From positions 1-46,804 of the forward strand of contig JBGAIQ010000045.1 in assembly GCA_044225365.1 (NCBI GenBank): a stretch of DNA of 46,804 nt, in the 5' to 3' direction. The position numbers and the translations under genes are program-made. The stretch's first letter is position 1; each line of letters begins with the position of its first letter. Below are positions 46,739 to 46,804 of this stretch, piece after piece. This stretch comes from Planctomycetota bacterium (lineage in GTDB: Bacteria; Planctomycetota; B15-G4; JADJEK01). The notes under the pieces are model-generated. The model saw nothing but the letters and a program-made list of their open reading frames with translations. It was not told the DNA's origin and did not search any database.

Positions 46739-46804
46739 CCGAACGGCGGCGGCGGATCGCAGCCGCCGCCGCCGAATTGCGAAACCGGCGGAGACGGATC
46801 GCAG
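46739..46804 (+). repeat. REP-like units: one complete copy and one cut by the window edge
   Basis: 12-bp perfect stem CGGCGGCGGCGG/CCGCCGCCGCCG (46744-46774); shares sequence with 16092-16163. Confidence 0.65.

Noticed and set aside
46739-46804. Start of a CRISPR array
   Set aside because: The units are degenerate, separated by only a few bases, also occur inverted elsewhere, and no cas genes are present.

Overview
This is a high-GC bacterial window. The gene content (ECF sigma factors fused to membrane-anchored carboxypeptidase-regulatory-like repeats, and many secreted proteins sharing a C-terminal domain) suggests an uncultured Planctomycetota lineage, which is an inference. From left to right it holds: a damaged IS1380-family element; a secreted protein; boxB and boxC with a divergent BoxR/BzdR-type regulator (aerobic benzoyl-CoA pathway, no boxA here); a beta-propeller protein; an AlgI/AlgJ-type O-acetylation pair; a secreted zincin and its partner; a hydrolase; two carboxypeptidase-regulatory-repeat proteins; a 2-hydroxyacid dehydrogenase; a lipoprotein; a NitT/TauT-type ABC transporter; two radical SAM enzymes; three ECF-fusion proteins; an FG-GAP/LamG protein; an ATL/MGMT-like protein; and an S51-like peptidase, esterase and tandem RNase H operon. 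The top finding is that the ABC substrate-binding gene, which the ORF track splits in two, is one reading frame (24174-25334) with an in-frame TGA at 24312-24314. The TGA lies in the motif GYLPVT-U-HLTC and is followed by a hairpin matching the bacterial SECIS model, so this is a probable selenocysteine-containing NitT/TauT-family binding protein. All family calls come from motif recognition by eye; no searches were run.
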